Assembly: GCA_946965045.2 (NCBI GenBank)
Contig: OX337240.1
Coordinates: 992,001-1,056,000 of the forward strand
Length of the DNA: 64,000 nt
Source of the DNA: Epithemia pelagica
Lineage: Eukaryota > Protista > Bacillariophyta
Direction: 5' to 3'
A program made the translations under genes and the position numbers. This document shows, in pieces, positions 23,856 through 35,300 of the stretch (position 1 is the stretch's first letter; every line of letters begins with the position of its first letter). The notes under the pieces were generated by a model. It was not told the origin of the DNA. It worked only from the letters and a program-made list of their open reading frames with translations, and did not search any database.

Positions 23856-24895
23856 GTTCTTCTCAAGCTACCCTATTTAGTCCTCGCCTAGTTTTCTAGG
23901 CCCGGCGCGACGGTCGGCGTCACCATGCGTGGTGCGTGCGGCAGCGTTAAAATAGATTTCCAGTTTTTTTTTATAACAACACAACAATCAAACTTTGTCT
24001 TGTTGCTGTTGAACTCCTACGACCACCCCATCATGATCCGACCATTGTATGCTTCATATTAGCACCATGGTAGTGCATTGGGAGGGGCACAGTGCATGTG
24101 TGTCAGTCGAGGAAAGATAATGTAGTGAGCCCGTAATACGGCACAACACGAGACCATGATGCACTACATAACTAACTCCATACCAGACTGTGTAGGTAGT
24201 TCGTCTCACATTTTTATACTACAGTAGGAATTTTTTGTACGACCGGGAAGTAGTTTCGTGCGAGTCGCGCGGTTTCCCTCTCGTGACACTTGTGTGACAC
24301 TTTGTGACATGGCTTCCAGGAATTTCTCACTACCTACACAGCTTGATAGGGAGTAAGTTTACTACTTCCCTGTGTCTGGCCGTCCTCTCGCGTCGGGCGC
24401 GCCCGGCTTGTCGGGAGAATGACTCGACGGGCAATTGTCTTGTCGGGCGTGCGCCCTCCTCGACCATTGCCCTCCTCGTCATTCTACCCTCCGCGCCGGG
24501 CGGTCCCTCCTTGAAAGGACACGACAACGGGAAGTATTAATACTACTGCTGTTATGTGTATTGTGTATCAATAGGTGCCAAGATAAGAGCCATATCACCC
24601 TTTGAGTTACTTCGTTCGAAATGGTGAGACGTGAGACGTCACTTCCGTATGCCCGTGCCACGAGGCATGGTGCCTGAGAGTCTGATCCATAATTGCCTAG
24701 ACCTTCAGGTTTTGGCCTCACAGATGCATCCTACACTATTGGTTTGAGGTCTACGATTCATCCGACAGGTTCGAAGTGTCAGAATAGGTCCACAACAACC
24801 AGTGCAACACATGGTCCGTGTTGTTATCGCGATGGTCGGAATGAGTTATGCCGGCCGACTAGAAACAGGTTAATTTTGTGTGTCGACCTTTGATT

Positions 24896-25012
24896 TTAAC
24901 CTTTGGTGATGATAAGTTTGGATACTACGAAACCATTGTTGGTGGTGCTGGGGCTGGTCCAACATGGAACGGTGTTTCAGGTGTACATACGCACTGTACC
25001 AATACCCGCATT
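24896..25012 (+). pseudogene. OPLAH: Captured 39-aa fragment of 5-oxoprolinase (hydantoinase B domain)
   Basis: [39 protein letters not shown] matches the conserved oxoprolinase C-terminal motif. Flanking residues do not continue the homology. Confidence 0.8.
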
Positions 25013-25536
25013 GAGGGTTCTAAAGACTCCTTCGTGGACACATTCATGCAGTATACCAAGACAAACGACCAGACGACGAATCGGAACGCGTCATGCTTGT
25101 ATGACATTGCCTACATCTTGGGAGGGAGAGAAGTGGGGGTCGAATCGAAATATGTGATGGCCAATGATCGAGCCCTGGGACGGGATGGTCAAGACGCCGG
25201 CTCGCTTCGGATCCGATTCAACAACAACATTCCTCAAAGCTTATTGAATCAGCTCGAGGCGGAAGGGTGTGACACGGTGGGACGGCCCAGTCTCGCAATG
25301 ATGCACAATGTCGAAAAACGTCAAACCCTTGTTGGTGGAACCAGCTAAGTCACCGAAAAAGCGTTTGGGCGAGGAACCTCCTCCAGGTGCCAGTCACCGA
25401 AACAAGAGGCTGAAACGGGCCAAAGCCGCTGTGGTGTCCACCTCGAAAAATGCCTTGACCGAGAACAAAAGTCGCAAACAGCAACGACAGGAACCACCTC
25501 CTCTTGTACTGAGTAATGCCGACAAGTGTGGACCTG

Positions 25537-27465
25537 TCACCGTTCACCGCATCTATCACTACCGTACTGGTTATTTGCATCCGCTTCCCCGTCACCACGA
25601 GGAGAAGAAAACTGATTGAGGATCTCTTCCAAGGTCGAAATTGTTTGGTGGAGGCAGTCTGGAGGTTGTCGAAGTCTAAAGTCTGTGGGATCCTCGCCGT
25701 CGTTCGACTTGAGGTATTCCTCGGTCATTGCCGCCATTCGATGAAGTTTGTCAACTGAGCTCTTCTCCTCGTTCAGATTGTCAAAGAGACCGGAAGGGGA
25801 AGTCAGCAGCAAGAATGAAGCCACCAATTGGATCTGCGTGTACAACAGTGCTTGTGTCCATGCACGCAAGAAATTGGGATACCGCAAGTATGCATATACT
25901 ACACTGTCGTCCTCGAGGATTCTCTTCGGCGCATTTGCCTTCACTGTCCCTTCATCCAGATCAATTAGCGTCAACTTTTGGGAAACGGCGTTGTAAACCA
26001 GGTTGTGTGGAAGAGCATCCCCGTGGAAAAGACTATCGCACAAGGATTTTGTCTCTCCCCATAAAATACTGAAAATGGAGCAAAACTTGTGGAAACCGAG
26101 ATCGACAATGGTTTCCTCATCAACGGCATCGCCACAATCGTGCATGAGGAAAACTCCCAACTGATCAGTTCCGTATGGCAGTACACAGTATGTGTCGTAG
26201 TACTGCTGCTGGTACTTGTTAAAAAGTTCAATCACCGAATTGGCAGGGTTGGGCCGAAGAGATGTATCCTTCAACCTTACTTTGAGATAGAAATGTTTGG
26301 TAGAATCTGCTGGTTTCAATGATTTGAAAAAATCACTAACTTGCCCTTCAAATATCTCCCAACATCGATCTAAGGAGGGGGGAAATCTGTCCAAGAGCCG
26401 TGTTATTTCATCTTTGTTCCCATAAAAGACCATTGACGTCGTGCCATTGAAGACGAGATGCGGGCTGTTCCATAAGGCTTCCGGTAATGTGAGAAGAGCT
26501 GGAATCCTGTGCGAAGCTTCAATCACCTGCTCGATTTCACCACCAATTTCCTGCGTCTTGCCGTTCCTGAGAAAGTGCACTAGAAGCTGAACTCCAAACA
26601 AATCATCCGTCCGACACTGTGTCCAAAAGACTTGAGAAAGAAGGGAATCACCCAGATGCTCAGGTGCTGATAGTCGGACAAGGCCCACCGCGTATTCGTT
26701 CTTCTTCGCACCAAAGCAACCGTAGCCGCAGAGGCAAAATCCAAAGACGGACCGCACTTTCATTCCCATGTGCACACGGAAAAAATAGAGAAGGGCACAG
26801 AGGTATAAGGCGCACTGCTTTGAAGCATTGGGTTTTGAGTAGGTGGAATCATTTTTTATTTCCCCAAAGTGAAGGGCCCTTGCTCGAAGAACAGTCAAAT
26901 TTGGTAGAGAGGTGGTTGTCACATTCAATCCCTTCAACAATCTCTCCTGGATCAGGATTGCATTCAATCCTTCCTCTCGACTGAGGCGAGATTCGTAGAA
27001 CTCATTCAAGAGTGCTTTCAGAGGTGTTTCCTGGTAGCGCTCATTTCGTCCAAAAATTCTCCGCAACATTATCTCGCTTTCCCACTGTGATGACGAAACG
27101 GGAAATTCAACGCCATGATTGCGCTTGAGTTCCGTAAAGATGGCATTGCGTAGCCCATTCTCCGACAGCCTTCTATCCTTCAAAGCTCGTTTCACGTTAT
27201 CCCCGATGATCTCGGAGGACGGTGCGATATGTGACTTGTCCGGAAAGAAAATGTCAGGTTTGTCCACGGCAATCTCTTCAATCACGGCTGGGTGGTGGTC
27301 GTGCAATATGGCGGAGGACTTGCTGGCACAAAGGGCGCCCGAAGGTGCGGGGCGCTCCATCAAGGCCAGTCTTTTTTTCTTTCGTGGCCTGTCGCTTCGG
27401 TCGTCTGCTGTGCTGGCAATGGGTTCCATGCTTGTAGGAGTAGTTTTAATCTCTTTGGTTTGCAA
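25537..27465 (-). CDS. Crinkler/RHS-like protein: PD-(D/E)xK-like REase domain plus atypical protein kinase domain (642 aa)
   Basis: PNL..HFGEIK..KQCALYL resembles a REase motif. YLKV, HGDALPHN and LIDLD correspond to kinase Lys, catalytic loop and DFG equivalents. Confidence 0.6.
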   Translation of the reverse strand: MQTKEIKTTPTSMEPIASTADDRSDRPRKKKRLALMERPAPSGALCASKSSAILHDHHPAVIEEIAVDKPDIFFPDKSHIAPSSEIIGDNVKRALKDRRLSENGLRNAIFTELKRNHGVEFPVSSSQWESEIMLRRIFGRNERYQETPLKALLNEFYESRLSREEGLNAILIQERLLKGLNVTTTSLPNLTVLRARALHFGEIKNDSTYSKPNASKQCALYLCALLYFFRVHMGMKVRSVFGFCLCGYGCFGAKKNEYAVGLVRLSAPEHLGDSLLSQVFWTQCRTDDLFGVQLLVHFLRNGKTQEIGGEIEQVIEASHRIPALLTLPEALWNSPHLVFNGTTSMVFYGNKDEITRLLDRFPPSLDRCWEIFEGQVSDFFKSLKPADSTKHFYLKVRLKDTSLRPNPANSVIELFNKYQQQYYDTYCVLPYGTDQLGVFLMHDCGDAVDEETIVDLGFHKFCSIFSILWGETKSLCDSLFHGDALPHNLVYNAVSQKLTLIDLDEGTVKANAPKRILEDDSVVYAYLRYPNFLRAWTQALLYTQIQLVASFLLLTSPSGLFDNLNEEKSSVDKLHRMAAMTEEYLKSNDGEDPTDFRLRQPPDCLHQTISTLEEILNQFSSPRGDGEADANNQYGSDRCGER

Positions 27466-28275
27466 GTAGTACTTACGGTAGGCGCTGCATCATGGTGGAA
27501 AGTGTGAAGTTTTTCCCGTGGAATCGCCGGCGTGGCTTTTGCGGCGGGGGCAATTGCCCGTCGAGGCATACATACCCCTTAGCGGAGGAAACTCATGAGG
27601 ATTAGTGATCAAATTTGACTAGCATTCTCTATTTGCACACCAAAAGCACGACACACATGCGACCTTTTACCCCTACTTGGGGGTAGTCGTGTCATTCTCC
27701 CGACAACTGGGACGCGAAAGTACGGCCAGACATTGGGAATTATTTATCCTATCTTTTCACAATTTTGTTGTTGCATTAACTATCAACAAGTCGTCCAACT
27801 CTAGCATCAAGCATAAAAAAGTGAGCCGAAGAAAGAACGAGTCGTTTTGAAACAAGGGAGTGAGTGGCACAATCAATATCCCATCGTGACGGGTGTTACG
27901 GGCGAACATGTCTTGATTGTCCAAACGCCCGACTTGACACACATCAAGAAGGAGTTGCAAGCCTTGCATGACAATCATGGCGTTACCGCCTTGGCCAAAG
28001 ATCTTGTGTTTTATCTTACTCACTACTTCCTCATAACAGATGTGTTCGACAAGGGTTATAAATACTCCCTCATGAACACATTCATGAAGGATACCAGGAC
28101 AAAATACTGATGAAACTGGAAACGAAGTCCTCATGGAGAAAAGAGACAGGAGACCCACGCAGAGCTGAAAATAGAGTAATTGGCTCGTTCACGACGCCTT
28201 GTCAGTGATGACAAAGAGGATCCTGATCCGTCAAGAATGGAATCGGAAAGTTCAAAGGCGAACATTCTGTGGTCG

Positions 28276-28479
28276 GACCAAAGAAAGACAGGCCATGGCA
28301 ACCACATTGAACAATCAGATAGATGTCCTTCCCCACTCTTTCGTTGTTGCTGAGGTCAAAGAATCAGTTTTGCGTCATCTTAATTAGAACCTGGTTGATC
28401 GACCAAAGAAAGACAGGCCATAGCAACCACATTGAACAATCAGATAGATGTCCTTCCCCACTCTTTCGTTGTTGCTGAG
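28276..28479. repeat. 125-bp tandem duplication; the second copy is split by copia element 3 and continues at 38558-38599
   Basis: GACCAAAGAAAG starts at 28276 and 28401. GTCAAAGAATCAG...AACCTGGTT occurs in the first copy and again right after the element. Confidence 0.85.
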
Positions 28480-29257
28480 ACTTAATGTAAGTAGAAAAAC
28501 TAACGTAAGACGTGATGGTTAGTGCTCTGAACTTCTGGAGTCAACCAGTTCACTCGGTACACGATGGGGCCCTCACCTTGCACTAGGTTAGTATGGTTGA
28601 CTCCTTCCTAAAGGTTGCTTACAACTTTCAGGTTTTTATAAGAAGTGAGCTTATTCCATCGAAAGTGTTTGTTTCTCATGATTGCTCTTTCATTACTTCC
28701 TTTCAGTCATAAAGAGTTTACTTTTCCTGAACCGTTGGGCCCGGTGAAGAAACATCTTTGACTTCTAGGTAAGACGCTACAGACGCTCTACGTTTAGGGA
28801 CTAATGGAACCTGTTCTCTTAGTGCATAGAACCTGTTCCATATACTCAAACTGTGAGGGATAGAGGCGGAACTATTGACTTGAACCAAGTATCCATGATC
28901 CTTTGGTGAATCTTGTTGTAAGTTGGAGACGTGTATGTTTTAGGTGAGACATAGCCTGGACTTTGCTTCCGAGTGGAGCTCGTCCGGCTTTTGCCTGCCG
29001 TGGATAGTAGTGGGCATATGTAAATGTGTATCACAAAACACCAGGGTTATTCAGAGAGGCAACATTGTGCCCCAGGCTCGGACATGTCACATACATGGGC
29101 ACATATGGTTCAGCTTCGTCAGCCGTCCACGCACGTGTTCGCGCAAGCTTGCAGGACAGATGGCACAGCTATGTCATGGTAGACGTGTACTCTCATAGAG
29201 TCTAGGTGTTGTTCTTCGAAAGGTAGTTCTAGGTCTATAGCTAGCCGTACTTTAACT
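28480..29257 (-). repeat. 3' LTR of element 3
   Basis: Near-identical to 37775-38552. Confidence 0.95.
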
Positions 29258-29306
29258 CTCCCTTTCATGGAGTGATTGGGGAATTTCGACATGCCGTAGA
29301 CTCAGT

Positions 29307-32300
29307 TTACCATCCTTGATTGAGCTTACGGCACTTTTCGAACAGTTCCCGAGTTTGGCACTTGGTGAAATAATCTGCCCTTTGTTCCTCGGTTCCTACC
29401 ATGCTTACCTTCACTCCGCCTGGGTGATCACCTACATGTTCCCAGAAGAAGTGTAAGTACGTGTTGAAGTGTTTTGTCTTAGGTGTCAATCTTTGCTTAG
29501 TTGCAAGATAGAAGGCACCTCTATTGTCTTCAAATACTTCAGAGAAGATGGTCGGCTTCTCAAATGGCAGGTCTAGGTTTGCTAGAAGTTCCTCTATCAC
29601 GCGTCTCGTAGCTATCACACTTTGCATGGCTTGGGAGAGAGCGTGGTACTCGGCTTGGAGGGTACTTAGTGCAACTGATGATTGTAGCTGCGACCGCCAA
29701 ATAAGAGGACACCCACAAAAGCTAAGAATGTAACCAGTCCTGGACTTAGCACTTACTGGGTTGTCTTGAGGCTCCCTTCCATGTAGTCCTGCGAAATCGG
29801 CATCTACATAGCAATCTAGCTTGAAATCTTTAGTTTGCGTAAAGATGTTTCCTTTATCCTTGGTGCGTGCTAGATAGCGCACTATAGTTTTCACTGCTGC
29901 CGCATGTGATTTCTTCGGATAAGAGTTGAATCGTGCTACTTGGCTCACAGCGAAGGCTATATCTGGTCGGGTGTTAGTTGCAAGGTACAGTAACATTCCC
30001 ACGATAGAGCTGTATTGCCATTTCTCTTTCATGGGTTCCCCATCAGGATCGCTTCCCAATGCTAATTGTGTAGCAGGGGTCCAATTCGGGTTGCAGTCCT
30101 GCATATTGGTAGCGTCAATTACCTTGTTGATAAGTCCCTTTTGAGTCATGGTGATCGAATTGGTCTTTTCATCTCGGACAAAGTTGATCCCCAAATAATT
30201 GGTGAAATTTCCTTCTTTTTCCAGTGATAAGCCCTTTTTCTTCAATCGTTCAACTAGTTCGCCAATTAAGGTAATTGTAGGTGCGCACACTCCACAGTCG
30301 TCTACCCATAGAAAGATGATTATGATTTCCTTGTACGGTAAACATTGGTCGTGTTTACTCATTTGGAATCCGTCTTCCTTAAGGGCCTGTATTAGGTGGT
30401 CATACCACAGTCTAGGTGCCGATGACAGTCCATAGAGGCTTTTGACCAACCTAAGGCATGTAGTTCCTTTTAACGATGATCGAAATCCTCTAGGCAGATG
30501 GATCCATACGGGTTCATTCAAAGTGGCTTGCACGAAAGCATTATGAAGTCAATGCATGCAAGTTCCCATCCTAGAATCAGACTGAGGGTGAGTACAATGC
30601 AAATAGTACTCCAGTTGACTACAGGGGAATAGTTCTCTTGCTCTGACTCCTGGAGGTCACCGCGAACGCAATATCGTGCTTTGAACTTGGAAATTTCTCC
30701 GTCAGGGGTTCTTTTGCGTTTAAACACCCAGGTACCGGGTAAAATTCGCGTAGTTGCTTCACTCTGCTGCACCTCTACCCATGTTCCCTTTTCTTCTAGT
30801 TCTCGGATTTCTTTGCTGGCTGCAGCCTGCCACTTGGTGAGATCCTTATCTCGCATAGCTTCATCATAACTGAGGGTGTCAGGATCTGATAAGGAAGCTT
30901 TCATCATGGAGAGAAGGTCACTAGACTGGATAGAGGCTGGAAAACTACATAGGTCTTGCACATAGCGTTTGGGCGGTCGAATAGTTCGTCCGGAACGCCT
31001 AGACACCATAGTTGGACCAGGTGTAGGAGCTGGAGTAGGGATGCGAGGCGATTGTGGTTGCTCCCTCTGAGGAGTGGATGGCTCGAAAGAAGGGGGTGCA
31101 GGCAAAGAAGGGGTCATAGGAGAAGGTTGCTCTGCAATAGTAGGTAATTTGGTAGGAGTGGTACGGACTGTTTCCCTCTGAGAAAGGGGTGTCGATGGAG
31201 AAAGAGGGGTTACTCCCTCTGACAACGGCACCGGATTCTCGCCTGGAGCAGAGCCAGAAGTATTAAGAGGGTAGATACCAGGAGAGTTAGGATGACTAGG
31301 GAGGACGGAAGGGGGGTCGTGAGTCTCAATAGATCGAGTTACAGTGGTCTGTTTGTTGCCAAAGTCGGAATGATGTAGAACATCATGTGGAGCTGGAGAC
31401 TCATAGTCGAGATCATCATCGTCCTCAATGTATTGGTAGTGTGAGTCACCAAAAAGTCGGTCCCATTCGTGACTGGTAAGGTCAGGAAGGTCTTCAACGG
31501 ATGTGGCAATTGTACTAAACCAGTCGTCGAAGACAACGTGGAATTGAGGGGTAATATAGCCCGTATTGGGGTTGAGTACCAGTGGTACAGTTGTAGCATG
31601 ACGGGTACTTAGGCCCATGAGAATTCCTCGCGTGGAGCGGGGCTTCCATCGTGGAAGCTTCTTACCGTCAGCCATGGCTTTGTCCAATACATAGACGGGA
31701 CAACCCCACACGTGTAAGTCATGGAATTTCCGTTGCTCCCATCTTGTTCGTGTAAACAAGTCATGGGGACTTATGCCCGTGTCGAGGCTTGGGACATGGT
31801 TACTTAAGAAAGTTGCATGTGCGACTGCCATTGGCAATAGAGAAGGATCAGCCATTTCGGGCCATTGTATGGCCGCGTGTAGCATCATCGTTCTTGCTAT
31901 AGACATAATGGTTTGTATTGCACGTTCGGCTATACCGGCATGGTGATGTGCCCCAACTCCCGCAAATCGATAAGTTTGTGCAAAATTTTGTAGGGACTCC
32001 GTATATTTAGCCGATGTAAAGGCAGAGCCATTGTCAGTTAGGTACTGTAGGGGCACAACTCCCACATCTCTACAGAAAAGTTCGAATGAGTCTTTTACTT
32101 GTAGGGTCTCATGGGTGTTTAGATGACTCTGGAACCCAATCCAGGTGTACCCCGAAGCGTGGTCTACAAAGATTGCGCCCCCCCCCCATGTACAGGTCGG
32201 AAGATTTTGACTTGGCTCGGGATGTAAATAAGCGTCCTTTAGTGGAGCATACAAAGTGATCTACGCTTACACACTGACCAGGGTAAAGATTTTCGGCTTT

Positions 32301-35300
32301 TGTTATTCCCCGTCTGTCTTTTACAATGGAACTCAAGGTTCCAGGTGATGGACGTCTCTTTTGTTTTCCATATTGACACGCTGCACAAAGAGGTAAGTCG
32401 GTGAGTGATGCTGCTTTTGTGTGCAAACGACGCTGTTGCTCAGTCTTTGCGAGAATTCCAGTTCTCATAATAAACTGGATTCGACAAAACGATAGGTGCC
32501 CAAGACGAAGATGCCAACGTACCAGTTCCTTCTGTGTCTCACTAAGATTCTTGTTTTGTTCTGATGTTTCGTTGACGATTGTGTTGAGAGCATGCGAACT
32601 CTTGGTTACTTCCTCATGGTTGTAACCGTACGACATTGGGAGATTGTTTTGCGGATTCACAACGACAGTGACTTGTGTTCGTGTTGTGTCTTCAGGTAAA
32701 CCGGTGAGTACCAATGTTTTACCGTCTTGCACAATCTTTTCGCCGTCATACGTCTGAAGCAAACTCTGTGTCGATAACAGTCTGACACTTGTCTTGGGTA
32801 CCAGGAAAGCAGGAATTCGAAGTTGTCGGATGTTCCCAGAAGAATCAAGGATGCTCCACAAGACCTCTCCGCGGCCAATCGCTTTCATGCGATTGGCAAT
32901 GCCTTTCACCTTGAAGTTTGGTAGTGGTTCGATCTTGCCCACGAAGTCCTTTTCGTTGTTGGTGATGGAGATGCTGGCGCCACTATCCCAGATGATGGGA
33001 TAGGACGCGTCATTTGGCATTGCGCTCCTCAAGGCCATTGGATCCTGAAGGCACGCTTCCAAGCCAGCAGGAGTGATGTACCTCCATGAGTCGTAGTTGC
33101 GTGTGTTCCCCAAGACTTGAAAGGCGTTGAAGGAGCGGAGTTCCTCAAGGTATGCAGTCAAACCAAAGACTTGTCTTGGGGTTAATGACTGTCGGTTGCT
33201 CCTCAAGGCTTCACTTCGAGTGGGTGAGTGGTTATCGGTGTTTCTGTTACGACGATTGGGCGTCGTGAACGAGGTTCGGTTGTTGTAATGGAAGCGCTGG
33301 TAGCTATTCGTGGGAATCACAGAGCTGCGGGTTCCCATGGGTGGATTAAACCTGGTACGTGCTGAGTTGTTGTTGTTGTTGTTGTTGTTGTACGGAGTTG
33401 CGCGACGACGGAGAGGGATTGGCCGCGGCATCCGTTGTCGCATACGTGCTCGTTTGTGTGCCGGTGAAGAAGTCACGGATCGAAACGACGGCTTTCGCTT
33501 GACACGAGGGTGATTCAAAGGGAATGCAGTGTTCTTCCCTCTTTTCGGACGGGTACTGACGGGTGCACACGGAGGAGCAGCGTGAGTGGACCCAAAAGAG
33601 TCCAGATGCAACAACTTACAAAACGACCCAACAATCAAACGGATACAAATGAGCGGGAAACGGCGGCTCATTGCAAAGGCCAGTCCATTGCTCACCACAC
33701 TCCACAATCCACCAGAGGATATGGGAGAAGAGGGCGGAGGTACCGGATGGAGAGTGGCGCGGAAGTGGTGGACTGAAGGTGTAGATGTGGAGTTGAACAA
33801 AGGAGAAGGATGGCCTGTCACGGGTGAAATGGTCTTTGGAAGCAGGATCAATACAACAATCCAGCAGGAAAGCCAAGAAAAGAAGGCAGGTTGGCATGAT
33901 GGATGTGCCAAAACGCTCCAGAGCAAGGCCCATAGTCCATAAAATAAAGTCTTGGTTCCCATCCAGTAGTAGCGAAAGCTAGACATGAGAGAGGCCATTC
34001 TGTCGGTGAAGACTGTAGTTGTATAGCTGGAAGGTTGGGGCGATGGCAGAAGATAGAGGACACTGGGTACCACCACAACCAACGTGATGAAGCTAGCACG
34101 TAACATGTGACGTCGCAAGGATCTTGAGTCAACAGTAGTGTCGACAGGCGCGGGAGCGCGTGGCGGAGTCACATAAGGGCGACCACGGCGGGTTGACTCG
34201 GTGTATGACACGTCAAAGGCAGCCATATAAACTCCCGCGTGGTCATCTGTAGGATAGGATCGGTCTTGGTCAACAGTTACAGTAGAGATGGAGTCATTAG
34301 AAGAGACTCGATCGGGAGTGACCGTAAGACAGGGGCGATCCAAGTTGTACCACGGTGGTGAAATTGGTCCACATTTTGTCAGTTCATAGGCTACATCATG
34401 TACGAGACTCAATCCCGCATGTTCGTAGGGCGATCCTGGTGTTTGTTCGCACTCAAGAATAAAATACCACATGTCGCGAATCATGCGACGGGTATTTTGA
34501 ATCCGAAGAGTCAAAAGATCTTTGAGTCCCGGGTCAGCTGCATGGGAATACTCAGCATACAAAAACCATAAGTGGTCGGCCGCACTTGTGATCAGCTCAT
34601 CCATGGTGTCAGGATGGCGAGCCAGTTCGGCTTCATTTTCTGCAGCATCGTCACCTTGCAAGTTTGTGGTGTCTTCGAGATCCACCATGGCAGCACAGGC
34701 ATAGTATTTTGCAAATGGATTTTCGCTGCGCTTTTTGGTCCTAGAGTCGTCGTCGGTTTCGCTGGTATCTGTTGGTACGTACAGTGCACCAAGTTGACTG
34801 TTGTCGACGAAAGAGGTGGATGAGACAGATTCATCAGCCATGTTCTCCAAGGTCTCACACGCTGCGCTTCTTGAATGTAGATCGACGGGCGGTGGATCGG
34901 AGATATTCACGGGAGAAGGCGTGGCGTTACTCTGATTCAAGAACGAGACAAATTGATCATATTTCTGGTCAATGGGTCGGTGCTCCATGATTCGAGAGCG
35001 AAGAAGGCAAGGAAGAGGAGTTGAGTGCACACTCATCTCGGGCCAGACGGGAGCTGGATTCGGATGGTTCGGGATTCTGGTTCCATCAATGAACCATCCC
35101 ACGAACCATTCTTCGTCCTTGACTCGCTGGTAGGCGACAGCCACGGTAAGTTCTGGTTCTTGATGTCGAAGAGCGTACACCGTGTACTGCGCCCTTTCGT
35201 ACCTCATTCCGTCTCTTTTTGCTGTGTTGGCTTCTTGCTCGATGGAGATGCGTGGATCACGTGGACGTGGCCGAGGTACAAAACCTCGAGTCCACTGCTC

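Larger units (their letters stand above)
15794..23972 (+). mobile_element. Full-length non-LTR retrotransposon (LINE with RNase H, Ambal-like), 8.2 kb
   Basis: ORF1 plus ORF2 (APE-RT-RH-CCHC). Flanked by a 16-bp TSD ATAACAACAC(G/A)ACAAT at 15778-15793 and 23973-23988 (15/16 identical). Confidence 0.9.
24373..27732. mobile_element. Putative TIR-bounded non-autonomous cargo element (Pack-type), about 3.4 kb
   Basis: Inverted matches: 24373-24394 with 27711-27732 (20/22), 24408-24423 with 27691-27706 (16/16), and 24423-24437 with 27551-27565 (15/15). No transposase ORF and no TSD identified. Confidence 0.6.

Noticed and set aside
27757-28158. Overlapping 87-aa and 133-aa ORFs
   Set aside because: No recognisable motif; a gene call cannot be supported.
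28846-29198. Identical small ORFs repeated at 38141-38493
   Set aside because: They are by-products of the LTR duplication.
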